NCBI GenBank assembly: GCA_011364925.1
Contig: RDOA01000037.1
Span: 1-37,150 of the forward strand
Length of the DNA: 37,150 nucleotides
From: Promethearchaeota archaeon
GTDB taxonomy: Archaea; Asgardarchaeota; Lokiarchaeia; Sigyniarchaeales; SOKP01
Direction of reading: 5' to 3'
The notes beneath the pieces are model-generated. The model was not told the origin of the DNA, ran no database searches, and was given only the letters and a program-made list of their open reading frames with translations. Below, in pieces: positions 1 to 9,440 of the stretch. Position 1 is the stretch's first letter, and every line of letters begins with the position of its first letter. The translations under genes were made by a program, and so were the position numbers.

Positions 1-950
1 TTTTTAATTTTACCGCTCTTTAATCCCCGCTCTAATGATATGATTCCATCATTCTGACCGTTGTGCCCGATATCTTCGAAATATGTTGATTGCTTATACG
101 GATCTACTCCTACTGCTCTTGCTACATATTCAAAAGCACTCCTTTTCATGTGTAAAAGAGCTAAATAATCGATATCTTCTCTGGTATAGCCTGACAATTT
201 TAACGCATTATCGATAACCTTAACAAAAGAATCCATTGAAAATTTGTCTAATCTTTCCTTTAATCCTTCAGGATCTGGTACATCAAGATAAATCTGATTA
301 TTTTTAATTGCTTCTGTAGAAATTGGTTGCATTGTTCCCCCTGCAGGCACATACACATCGTCAGCAAAACGACCATCTGAAATTGCTGAAATTCCTAAAA
401 TTTCATTTACAGCATAATCTGCTTTAATAACAGCTGCAACTCCACTTGCAGCTAGGCTAATCATAAACCTTGACCTTAAATTTTTATAGCTAATTAAATC
501 CGAATTTCGATATCCACTTGCTATTAATACTCTTTTAATACTCAAATCAGTTTGCATCAAACTTTTTGCTAAAAGCATTCCTACTAAGAAAGTTCCACAT
601 CTTTGATTTATATCAAACGCCCAGGCGTTAGTGGGATTTCCTAAAAGTTGCTGTAGCTTGATTCCATAAGTCATCATAGGTCTTTCAGCATACACTTCAC
701 CCGCCCAAATAATTAAATCTAAATCATTTGGCGTCAAATTAGCTCTCTCGAGGGCTTGAAGACTGGCCTTTGCTCCCATTGCAACCGTGTGATCGTCAGG
801 TCCAGGGACAGTTTTTGCTTTTAATCCAAATTTATCTTCAAGCACTTCTTTTGGAATACCAGTTTCTTGAGCAATATAATCACTAGAATGCCGCTCTTTT
901 GGAAGATATACTCCCCACGATTCTAAACCAACTGGTCGGAAATGATTCAT
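1..950 (-). CDS. 3-oxoacyl-ACP synthase III (FabH/KAS III-like) family condensing enzyme; 3' end runs off the window
   Basis: Not in the ORF track. Manual translation from ATG at 950 gives MNHFRPVGLESWGVYLPK...AFDINQRCGTF (catalytic Cys)...LALLHMKRS (His)...EDIGHNGQND, open to position 1. It starts 2 nt after the ligase stop. Confidence 0.88.
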   Translation of the reverse strand, partial: MNHFRPVGLESWGVYLPKERHSSDYIAQETGIPKEVLEDKFGLKAKTVPGPDDHTVAMGAKASLQALERANLTPNDLDLIIWAGEVYAERPMMTYGIKLQQLLGNPTNAWAFDINQRCGTFLVGMLLAKSLMQTDLSIKRVLIASGYRNSDLISYKNLRSRFMISLAASGVAAVIKADYAVNEILGISAISDGRFADDVYVPAGGTMQPISTEAIKNNQIYLDVPDPEGLKERLDKFSMDSFVKVIDNALKLSGYTREDIDYLALLHMKRSAFEYVARAVGVDPYKQSTYFEDIGHNGQNDGIISLERGLKSGKIK

Positions 951-952
951 TT

Positions 953-2509
953 TCACATCTTTTCTAATTCTCTTTTTAAAATTTTACCCGTAGCGCTTAA
1001 AGGTAATGTGTCTCTTATTTCAAAATATTTAGGAATCTTATATTTTGCGAGTCTTGTGGTTAAATACTCTTGAATTTCCTCGGGTTTGAGCAATTTTCCC
1101 GGTTTTAGTGTTAAGAATGCTTTACCTACTTCCCCCCATTTTTCATCGGGAACGCCTATAACAGCTGCAAGATCAATCGCAGGATGTTTAAATAGGACAT
1201 CTTCAATTTCAACGGGGAATATGTTTTCTCCGCCGCTAATATACATTTCTTTCCTACGACCGACAATGTAATAAAATCCATCCTCGTCTCGCATAACTAA
1301 ATCGCCAGTATGAACCCATCCATCTTGCTCGATAGTTTTTCTCGTCTCCTCTGGTTCGAGCCAATAGCCTGAAAAGATGTGTGGACCTCTTAATAATAAT
1401 TCCCCGACTTCTCCTCTTTTTACGACTTGATCTGTTTTTGTATCTATTATCTTTGTATCGCAGTGGAATACGGGTAATCCAACCGATGTTGGTCTTTTTT
1501 TGATTTCTTGTTCTGGTAAGTAAAAGTTATTTGGTCCAACTTCAGTTAATCCATACCCCATTTTGAAAGGTTTATTTTTTGCCCAATATTGTTCCATGAT
1601 AGCGACAGGACATGGAGCGCCCCCAGAAATAAAAATCTTAACTGATTCGAAACTCGTATCTTTAAACTGTGGTAAATTAGCCATAGTATGAAACATGGTC
1701 GGAACTCCAATTACAATAGTAGCTTTTTCGCGCTCAATTACTTTTATTGTCTCTTCGGGATCGAAATCTCCCATTAATATCGTTTTAGCTCCAAGATGAT
1801 AAAACGGGACGAGTAGAACATTCCAACCCCCAGTATGGAACAATGGAAATAATAAGGGTTGAATGTCATCGGGTGTTAAACTCCAAGATAGTATTGTATT
1901 CACTGAGTTCCAAAATACTAAACGATGAGGTATAACTGCTCCTTTTGGTAAACCAGTTGTTCCCCCTGTAAATAATATTAAATGGGGGTCCTCAAAATCA
2001 ATTATAGGGCGCTCAACATTGGAACTTGACACTTTTTCTGTCATATTTGCCATTATATCATCGTTTAGAATTGATTTTTTACCCATTACAACATTGGTTT
2101 TGATCAATTCCATTTGTTTAATTTCTTGAGCTTTTTCTTTTAATCTTGGATCATAGAAGAAAATGGAAGGTGAAGTTTTCTTGATTAAATATTCGAGTTC
2201 TGGTGTAGATAATCGTATGTTAAAGGGGACTAGAATTGCACCAATTTTGCCTGTTGCTAAAAACAAATCAATGCATTCAAGTCTGTTAGTCGAGAACATT
2301 GCAACGCGATCCCCTTTAGAGATCCCTTCGTTTGATAGAACTCGAGCAAGCTTATTTGCTCTTAAGTTAAGATCATTAAATGTATAGAGCCTTTTCTCGA
2401 TATTATCGAATAGCGCTTCCCGATTTGGAGTTAAAACAGCACGTCGGCCTGCCCAATCACCTATCCATTCGAATTCAGTTGAAATTGAAAAGTCTCCAGC
2501 TTTAAACAT
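953..2509 (-). CDS. Long-chain acyl-CoA synthetase / AMP-dependent ligase
   Basis: ANL motifs FTGGTTGLPKG, GYGLTE, TGD, GRRKEMYISGGENI and ATGKILK. The ATG at 2509 follows an AGGTGG SD-like motif (the ORF track starts at GTG 2521). Confidence 0.93.
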   Translation of the reverse strand: MFKAGDFSISTEFEWIGDWAGRRAVLTPNREALFDNIEKRLYTFNDLNLRANKLARVLSNEGISKGDRVAMFSTNRLECIDLFLATGKIGAILVPFNIRLSTPELEYLIKKTSPSIFFYDPRLKEKAQEIKQMELIKTNVVMGKKSILNDDIMANMTEKVSSSNVERPIIDFEDPHLILFTGGTTGLPKGAVIPHRLVFWNSVNTILSWSLTPDDIQPLLFPLFHTGGWNVLLVPFYHLGAKTILMGDFDPEETIKVIEREKATIVIGVPTMFHTMANLPQFKDTSFESVKIFISGGAPCPVAIMEQYWAKNKPFKMGYGLTEVGPNNFYLPEQEIKKRPTSVGLPVFHCDTKIIDTKTDQVVKRGEVGELLLRGPHIFSGYWLEPEETRKTIEQDGWVHTGDLVMRDEDGFYYIVGRRKEMYISGGENIFPVEIEDVLFKHPAIDLAAVIGVPDEKWGEVGKAFLTLKPGKLLKPEEIQEYLTTRLAKYKIPKYFEIRDTLPLSATGKILKRELEKM

Positions 2510-2521
2510 TATCGAAACCAC

Positions 2522-3757
2522 CTAAACTGCACGATATATAGGCCACTTTCTCCATACATACGCGAATAATATTTCAATCCAGAGAAACCACAGTACAAAA
2601 GGAGTGGGATTCATCAACCAATAATTCGGATCATCTCCAAATATTATTGGTGATAAGAGATAATATCCGAAAAATGTTACCGTTCCAATAGCTATGACCA
2701 ACAGAAATCTGAATAAAAAGTTTTTCCATTGAGCATACTTCTTAGGCCAATTGTCGAAGAATAGAGAGACTAGCACTACAGCACAAATGAGAAAAATAGC
2801 GTAAGTAATACTCATCATATACCAACCTTTAAGCCTTGGTGTCGGACCTGGTGGAGTTCCTCCAATTGCAACAAAAAATGGATCGAAGGTGTTTTGTACA
2901 ATTACTGGAAAGAAGTAAGAAAGTAACAATCCCAGTAGGACACATGAGACAAACGCTATTATCCCAATAATTGGTTGCTTTCGACCCAATTTACTCCACG
3001 GCCAATACTCAAAGACCATTAAAGTTAATAATGAAAAGAAAATTATCCATTGCGTCCATCCAAGTGAAAATGCGTAGCTGGGGAAAGAGGTTATAGGTTT
3101 AACTGCATCAACTTCAGAAGAAGCCGTACGTTGCCCGGCAGGAATGAAAAGCAAAAACCAAACGAGTAGAGTAATTGCATTGCCAATAATCCAAACTATT
3201 ATTCCGCGTTTTGGTTGCTTGATTTTAAAGAATGGCCAATACATAGTACCAGCAACCCATAAAACTGCGAAAGAAAAGCAGGAACCACTTAAAGCACCAA
3301 AAATTGAAGCCCCGAGAAACCAAGCGATATAAGCATCATCCGGAAGACCCCTTTCTATAATTTCACTACCATAAATTGATGTAAACCATGGTAACAGTAA
3401 AAGCGTAAATATCACGATTATCACAAAATTTATGGCGGTTCCTACTAAACCTACCTTCCAGGGAGTTCGGAACCAATTATAGTAGGGCCAGTTCTCGAAC
3501 CAGATCGCCCAGACCACTCCAATTAATCCAAACCCACCAATAACGGTTGCCCATGCGGTAATTTCCATTTTAATATCAGGATTCGGATTAGGGTTGTGCC
3601 ATCGTGGATCGAAGAAAATCCACCACGTGATGATGCTAATTACAAAAACAAGAACAATCGATAAAATTCCAGCTAATGGTTGTTTATATCTCGCCATTAC
3701 AACCATGGGAGCTTCATCTGCGCTGGGAATTCCAACTTTTTCGCCTGCTAAAGCCAT
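2522..3757 (-). CDS. Polytopic membrane protein of unknown function (about 10 TM segments, repeated xxxxWP motif), possible transporter
   Basis: 411 aa with alternating hydrophobic segments. Recurring motifs WFENWP, GTMYWP, VFEYWP, FFDNWP, VWRKWP. Abuts the ligase gene. Confidence 0.7.
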   Translation of the reverse strand: MALAGEKVGIPSADEAPMVVMARYKQPLAGILSIVLVFVISIITWWIFFDPRWHNPNPNPDIKMEITAWATVIGGFGLIGVVWAIWFENWPYYNWFRTPWKVGLVGTAINFVIIVIFTLLLLPWFTSIYGSEIIERGLPDDAYIAWFLGASIFGALSGSCFSFAVLWVAGTMYWPFFKIKQPKRGIIVWIIGNAITLLVWFLLFIPAGQRTASSEVDAVKPITSFPSYAFSLGWTQWIIFFSLLTLMVFEYWPWSKLGRKQPIIGIIAFVSCVLLGLLLSYFFPVIVQNTFDPFFVAIGGTPPGPTPRLKGWYMMSITYAIFLICAVVLVSLFFDNWPKKYAQWKNFLFRFLLVIAIGTVTFFGYYLLSPIIFGDDPNYWLMNPTPFVLWFLWIEILFAYVWRKWPIYRAV

Positions 3758-3818
3758 AATTTCACCTATTCAATATTAATTGTATTTTTCAAAATATATT
3801 AAATAATTTACTATAATG

Positions 3819-4724
3819 TTATTTAAAAATAGCTTTTTTAGGGATAATATTAATTTTATTTTTCGTGAGACCCCATGATTTTAAGATTTCTGCGGCTTCA
3901 CCCATAATACCATCGATTAGTTCATGAATAGAGGTTTGTGTTTTTTGGTGAGCTATAGCAGCCGAAGGTACTCTGGTAGCTCCTAATTCTCGATGATAAA
4001 GTTGTTTATGATATTCTTCAGAAAGGAACTTCATCTCTAACCACATTTTCTTCCGTTCTTCGGAAGCAGGACTTTCTTTGGTTGTAAGGATTGCTGAACC
4101 TAAGCAGACTCCTTCGGCTCCCATTCCTAATGCTCCTAAAAACCCCCGTGCATCTCCAATTCCGCCTGCTGCAATTATTGGTGTTTTTAAAAATTGATTT
4201 GCTAAAGTAAGATTGATTAAGGTAGTATGTTGAAAAGGATTTTTAAACCCTGACGCTTCCATTCCTATTAAAGTGATAGCACTTGCTCCAACTTTTTCTG
4301 CGGAAATTGCGTGCCTTATTAATGCACATTTATGAAACCAGTTACATCCAGCTTCTATCACACGTTCACCTATGTGTGTCGCTTGGTACGCCGATGTAGT
4401 AAAGACTTCCACGCCTTCGTCGATAGCAATTTCCAAATACTTCAAGTAATCCTCTCTAGTTACATTACTAAGCGGATCGAAAGCTCTTACTCCTGGTGGT
4501 AAAACCGTTAAATTAACACCAAAGGGTTTGTCTGTTAGAGATTGCATTTTTATAAGCTCGGATTTGAAAGAATCTAATCTATAGTTTAATGCAGTAATAA
4601 TCCCTAACCCACCAGCATTCGAGAACGATGCTGCGAATTCAGTTCGACCTAAACCGGCAAAAGCGGCCATAATTAAAGGGTACTTGGTGCCCGTCATTTT
4701 GTTTATAGAAGTTTTCCAAATCAT
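3819..4724 (-). CDS. Nitronate monooxygenase / FabK-like FMN-dependent oxidoreductase
   Basis: KYPLIMAAF, SNAGGLGII, TDKPFGVNL, PIIAAGGIGDARG, ALGMGAEGVCLGS. Confidence 0.88.
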   Translation of the reverse strand: MIWKTSINKMTGTKYPLIMAAFAGLGRTEFAASFSNAGGLGIITALNYRLDSFKSELIKMQSLTDKPFGVNLTVLPPGVRAFDPLSNVTREDYLKYLEIAIDEGVEVFTTSAYQATHIGERVIEAGCNWFHKCALIRHAISAEKVGASAITLIGMEASGFKNPFQHTTLINLTLANQFLKTPIIAAGGIGDARGFLGALGMGAEGVCLGSAILTTKESPASEERKKMWLEMKFLSEEYHKQLYHRELGATRVPSAAIAHQKTQTSIHELIDGIMGEAAEILKSWGLTKNKINIIPKKAIFK

Positions 4725-4771
4725 AGTACTCAGTTAAATTTGATATTTTTTATCTTTTCTTACTTCACCGG

Positions 4772-5593
4772 CTACTCATAGTTATAAAATCCTTTCCCTG
4801 TTTTTTTTCCTAAATTACCTGCATCAACAAGGTCCTTTAAAGCTTGAGGTGGTTTATCATCGTCCCAACCACTTTTTTTATAATAGGACATTTCAATATC
4901 ATAGATAACATCAAGTCCTATTTGATCCATCAATTCAAAGGGAGCCGCTCCAGCTTGAATAAAAATTTTCCACGCTTTATCAACATCTTCAAAATCCGCA
5001 TATCCTCCCGCCCAGATTTTTAAAACTTCTTTTTTGATTGCTCGCCATACTCTATTAAATACAAACCCATAACATTCTTTCTTTACGATTAGTGGTGTAA
5101 TGTCAATACTTTCTACCCATTTTTTTCCTCTTTCAAAAGTATCATCGCTAGTTTTAGTGCCTCTCATGATATCTGCCATTGGCATAGTAAATAGGTTGTA
5201 AAAATGGATGTTTAGCAATTTATCCTTTTGATCGACAGCATCTTCTAATTTGGAGACAGGTATTGAAGAACTATTGGTAGCGATTATAGCATTCGGTTTA
5301 GCTGCTTTACCAATTATTTTAAATAACTCCTGTTTTAACTCTAATTTTTCTGGAGCTGCTTCAATAATTAAATCTGCATTTTTAACGACATCCTCAATAG
5401 AATTATGTGAAGTAACTTCCCCCTTAGTATTTTTTTTCTTATGTAAATCTTCTGAAAATTTTGCTAATTCTTCTGCATTTATATCATACAAGCGTAGAGT
5501 ATAATTTTTTAAGGAGGTTTTCTCAGCTATTTGTTTACCTAAATAACCTACACCTATGATAGAGACAACTTTTATATCTTCGATCATTAACAT
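4772..5593 (-). CDS. 3-hydroxyacyl-CoA dehydrogenase family protein
   Basis: Rossmann GVGYLG, IEAAPEKLELK, ATNSSS, IHF, GFVFNR, GPFE-like AAPFELMDQIGLD, LGKKTGKGFY. Confidence 0.92.
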   Translation of the reverse strand: MLMIEDIKVVSIIGVGYLGKQIAEKTSLKNYTLRLYDINAEELAKFSEDLHKKKNTKGEVTSHNSIEDVVKNADLIIEAAPEKLELKQELFKIIGKAAKPNAIIATNSSSIPVSKLEDAVDQKDKLLNIHFYNLFTMPMADIMRGTKTSDDTFERGKKWVESIDITPLIVKKECYGFVFNRVWRAIKKEVLKIWAGGYADFEDVDKAWKIFIQAGAAPFELMDQIGLDVIYDIEMSYYKKSGWDDDKPPQALKDLVDAGNLGKKTGKGFYNYE

Positions 5594-5674
5594 TCACTAT
5601 TATTTAATTTTAATAATTATAGTTTGAGCAGATCATATAATAATTTAATTAAGCATTAAATCAAATTCAATAGT

Positions 5675-6532
5675 TTATAGTTTTAATAACTTCATAGCGT
5701 TTTTATATAAGATCGCCTCTTTAAATCCCTCTGAAATCGGTAAATTTTGCACAGCGGGAACAATCTTATTCCAATGTTCGAAGGGATGATCAGAGGCAAA
5801 GAGAACCTTATTTTCAATTTTGTATTTTACGTAGGCATCCCAAGGAAAATACTGATAGAGGTCGCAATAGGTTGAAATATCAATATATACATTTGGGTGT
5901 CTTATGACCACTCCCCAAGCATCCCAAAACCATGGAACTCCCATATGTCCCATTATAATTGTTAAATCTTGATGTCTTGACGCTAATTCGTCTACTAGCA
6001 TTGGATGCCCATATTTAGATATTGCGTCAACGATCGAAACTAAATGGGATGTGTGTGTCCATAGAGGAACGTTAAAATCAATCATTTTTTTCCATAGAGC
6101 ATCATATTTTTTATCAGAGATATCAAATTTTTGTGCTGGAGGCACGAGCTTAACGCCTTTAAGTCCAAGTGAGGTTATAGCGTATTCAAGCTGGTCCATT
6201 GCGTCTGGTGCTGGTACATCGATACAAGCAAATCCAATAAATCTATCTGGGTATTTCTTCACAAAATCAGCAATATTATCGTTTGTTACTATACAGACTC
6301 CATAAGCGGTTGTAAGGTTATACGATACGATAACAGCTTTATCAATTCCCAGTTTGTCCATCTGAAGAATATAGTCATCAATTGATATTTTTGATTGGAG
6401 AACCTTGTAAAATTTAAACATCGCTCGACGACCTTTTTTATTTGTACCAAGTAAAACATCAGCCACAAAATTTAAATCTTCGCCCCAATAAGCCTCTTTG
6501 CAAAAAGGATGAACGTGCATATCGATAATCAT
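5675..6532 (-). CDS. Amidohydrolase family protein (Amidohydro_2 TIM barrel)
   Basis: IIDMHVH metal motif, PDRFIGF, GLKGVKL, IMGHMG, NVYIDIS, VLFASDHP. Confidence 0.9.
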   Translation of the reverse strand: MIIDMHVHPFCKEAYWGEDLNFVADVLLGTNKKGRRAMFKFYKVLQSKISIDDYILQMDKLGIDKAVIVSYNLTTAYGVCIVTNDNIADFVKKYPDRFIGFACIDVPAPDAMDQLEYAITSLGLKGVKLVPPAQKFDISDKKYDALWKKMIDFNVPLWTHTSHLVSIVDAISKYGHPMLVDELASRHQDLTIIMGHMGVPWFWDAWGVVIRHPNVYIDISTYCDLYQYFPWDAYVKYKIENKVLFASDHPFEHWNKIVPAVQNLPISEGFKEAILYKNAMKLLKL

Positions 6533-6603
6533 ATTTAAAACCTAGTAGTGTCTTAACGGAGTTAGTAAGAATATTAATAAATTATATTTTAAAGTTAGAT
6601 AGT

Positions 6604-7935
6604 TCATATAAAATTATCTATCGTTTTCTGTGTCTTAATGAAATTTATTAGTTTACTACTCTGTTTCCAATATTTGTAGCTCACCATAAATCCTTCCGCC
6701 ATCTTCTTTGTGGAATCATCGAAATTATCAAGAATCAGAGGATTTCCTTGTTCCATCGCATTTTTTACTGTTTCCCTTATCACCCATACTCCGAGTGGGA
6801 CAACATAACCTCCTTGTACTTCTCTAAAAATAAGAACCCTTGCTTGTCTTCCGATCTTATACAAGTATTCGCAAACTTCTTTTCGTGCTGCGTAATAAGC
6901 TCCAGTAATATTGCTGGCGTAATTTTTCCTACCGCCGTAAAACTCAAAATCGGTCATTATCTGAGGCTTTAAACTGCGAGTGTCCCCATTAAGAGAGATG
7001 TTCCATAAAGTGTTGGGTGCCCATACCTCGTTCATCTCGTAAGTAAATTTACCAGGAAAAAGAAGAATTTTAAAGTGGTTATCAAGATAAGTGCTTTCGA
7101 ATATTTGATAGTCGTTAATTTCTGGAAATCGCTTTATTTCATTGATGAGTGCTTTAGAGATGATATCGTCAACAGCAGTAATACTCCATCGTGTTGGGAC
7201 TATTCTACGCCTTGTTTTTTTTCCTAATAACCCAGCTGAGAAAACTCTCTTAATTGTTGATTCTGGAACCTGCCCCTCAAAATAAAGGTACTTAGAAACT
7301 GCTTCGGTCGCATTTAGATCTGTATCTGAAACTACATAATCCACTTTTGGATGAACTTTTGTATTTTCCGTAATCCGTATTTTCTCAGTCATACCAGTCG
7401 GTCCCATTGGCAACGCGTGATTATCCATCATCATTCTGAGATTCATCTTTGCTAATTTCGTCTCAGTATCTACAGGCCGGGCGGCCATTGATAATTCTTG
7501 TGATGTCTCCAGAAATTTTTGAAGCTTCAGTGGTGGAGTATTTTTTCGACTCTTTTTTCCAATATTAACATCGATTTTAAAATTATTTCGTACTAAACTA
7601 CTTCGATATCGCACGATATCTACTAAGTTTTTTCCGAACCATAGTTCAGGAGCATCCAAAATATGATAATCAGAAATTTTAAGATTTAATTCGAAATTTT
7701 GGTAAGGAACTAAGGGGCCAAGATATACTTTTGGATAATTAAAATGACCGACGAAAAAACCCGGAGGACTGGGAGCAAATAATTCGACATCCCTAATAGT
7801 TTTATCGAACTCAAATGGAACAAGAGACTTTAACACAGACTTCTTTAATAAGATTGGACACGTTTTCTTACCGCATAGTAATCTCGCTCCTTTACAACGC
7901 AAGCATATTCCTTTTTCTGTCTGAGGTCGTACCAA
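6604..7935 (-). CDS. nreA: Nre family DNA repair protein (DUF650/DUF651), PCNA-interacting
   Basis: N-terminal CLRCKG-x-LLCGKKTCP zinc motif, SPPGFFVG, RRIVPTRWSITAVD, GAYYAAR, VPLGVWVIRE, C-terminal PIP-box QKTIDNFI. TTG start. Confidence 0.92.
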   Translation of the reverse strand: MVRPQTEKGICLRCKGARLLCGKKTCPILLKKSVLKSLVPFEFDKTIRDVELFAPSPPGFFVGHFNYPKVYLGPLVPYQNFELNLKISDYHILDAPELWFGKNLVDIVRYRSSLVRNNFKIDVNIGKKSRKNTPPLKLQKFLETSQELSMAARPVDTETKLAKMNLRMMMDNHALPMGPTGMTEKIRITENTKVHPKVDYVVSDTDLNATEAVSKYLYFEGQVPESTIKRVFSAGLLGKKTRRRIVPTRWSITAVDDIISKALINEIKRFPEINDYQIFESTYLDNHFKILLFPGKFTYEMNEVWAPNTLWNISLNGDTRSLKPQIMTDFEFYGGRKNYASNITGAYYAARKEVCEYLYKIGRQARVLIFREVQGGYVVPLGVWVIRETVKNAMEQGNPLILDNFDDSTKKMAEGFMVSYKYWKQSSKLINFIKTQKTIDNFI

Positions 7936-8115
7936 TCTTATGTCTCTTTAATAATTATTCTCCTAATTTAAAAAGACTTCATCTATTATTAAAAAGGTAG
8001 ACGAGTATAAATTTTTAATATTTATTGAAAAAAAAATGTAAATTTTTATTTTGATTTGATAAATTCTATATCTTAAATTTAACCAAGGAGGAGGATATTA
8101 ATCCCCTGTACCTAT

Positions 8116-8937
8116 TCAAAAATAAATTTTGCTTTTTTGCTCCTTGATGCTTTCTTCGGTAACTTTTTCCTTATCCAATTTTTGGGACCAGGATTTAGAC
8201 ATGTCATTTATTTTTAGTACCTTTTCAGGGCAGATGTAAACACATCCTAAACAAGCGATACATTTTTCCTTGTCAGCTTCACCCGATTCAGCGTCCATGG
8301 CTCCAGTGGGGCAAAAATTTTCACAATCCAAACACATGATGCACTCTTCGCCATATCTGGTCGGGAGTTGGGTGACCTTCTTAAATCTTAATGTTTCGGC
8401 AAAATTTAGCTGTTCTTCAGTATATTCTGTCTTTTCTAATTCACCTAATATTCTATCATCCTCACCAGTAAATCTTTTGCAGGTAAGCTCAACATAATCT
8501 TTTGCCACTTCAAAATCAAGTTCACTAGGGCGATCTTCCAGAGCCCTCCAGCCACCAAGGTTGAATGTATGCGAGCCTAAGAAATCGGCGGATGACACAA
8601 CGATAAAATTTTGTTCTTTCAATATTTCTCTTGTGGAATAATGAGCTGGATGGACACCAAAGCCACCATATGTGAAAAACATTGAGCATTTTTTGCCTTT
8701 ACCATCAAGAGTTCTTAACCAATCCCTCAATACTCGCGGGGCTCGACGAGCGTGAGTTGGCGCCCCAAATACTACCCCTTGATATGGTTCGAAATTAATC
8801 TTCCTTTGCCTATCTCCTAAGGGGGTAATATCAGACATAGTGACCTTAAACCCCTCCTCTTTAAATTTCTCATTGATTACTTTTGCAATTTTGGCTGTGT
8901 TTCCTGTAGCTGAAAAGTACAATATCAATACATTCAT
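8116..8937 (-). CDS. EFR1-type flavodoxin / 2x[4Fe-4S] ferredoxin fusion protein
   Basis: Flavodoxin loop YFSATGNT, plus CIMCLDCENFCP and CIACLGCVYICP. The ATG at 8937 follows a GAGGAG SD-like motif (the ORF track extends to 9051). Confidence 0.9.
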   Translation of the reverse strand: MNVLILYFSATGNTAKIAKVINEKFKEEGFKVTMSDITPLGDRQRKINFEPYQGVVFGAPTHARRAPRVLRDWLRTLDGKGKKCSMFFTYGGFGVHPAHYSTREILKEQNFIVVSSADFLGSHTFNLGGWRALEDRPSELDFEVAKDYVELTCKRFTGEDDRILGELEKTEYTEEQLNFAETLRFKKVTQLPTRYGEECIMCLDCENFCPTGAMDAESGEADKEKCIACLGCVYICPEKVLKINDMSKSWSQKLDKEKVTEESIKEQKSKIYF

Positions 8938-9067
8938 ATTAATTTCTCCTCTCTTTTTAACTGTATAGATTATAATGCCTATTTTTTGCGACTTATAATC
9001 ACTATAATGAAAGCAAGTGCTAGTATGAAGCTCCAATATATGAAATAGCATTTGATAAACTTGATGC

Positions 9068-9172
9068 CTAAAATGATATAATTAAGGGAATTGCGAATAA
9101 GACTGCTATAGAAAGAGCAATTATTGCTGAAAAATATCTGAATCTATAATTGATTGTACTTGCCTTCATCAT
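9068..9172 (-). CDS. Putative 34-aa single-TM small protein
   Basis: Manual translation MMKASTINYRFRYFSAIIALSIAVLFAIPLIISF*: basic N-terminus followed by ~20 hydrophobic residues. Confidence 0.35.
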   Translation of the reverse strand: MMKASTINYRFRYFSAIIALSIAVLFAIPLIISF

Positions 9173-9440
9173 TATCAATCATAACCATTGCAATTATTTA
9201 AAACTTTATAGAAGCACCGTAAAGACAAAATTGTCTAGAAATAACAATCAAATGCAAAAATAATACCTTCAAATGGGCTTTTTTTAGAAAATAATAGCTA
9301 AACTGAAATTGATGGGTTGGACCACCTCGCTCTTTTGGGCAAGACCTAAACATTATATTCAAAATTCTAAAACAACAATACGATAAATAGAAAGTTCGAA
9401 AGTATAACTATTAAATAAAAACTTATTTATTTTAATTATA

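Noticed and set aside
8088-8118. Hairpin (GGGGAT-TAAT-ATCCTC, minus strand) right after a TGA stop, considered as a selenocysteine/readthrough signal
   Set aside because: Readthrough would add only about 6 residues before a TAA, the TGA is at the normal family C-terminus, and no SECIS-like motif is evident. It is more likely a 3' stability or terminator hairpin.
8938-9051. 38-codon N-terminal extension of the flavodoxin-ferredoxin ORF
   Set aside because: The flavodoxin fold begins at MNVLILYFS, and a GAGGAG SD precedes ATG 8937.
9310-9348. GC-richer patch in an AT-rich intergenic region, considered as ncRNA or IS end
   Set aside because: No convincing stem, terminal repeat, second copy or nearby transposase.
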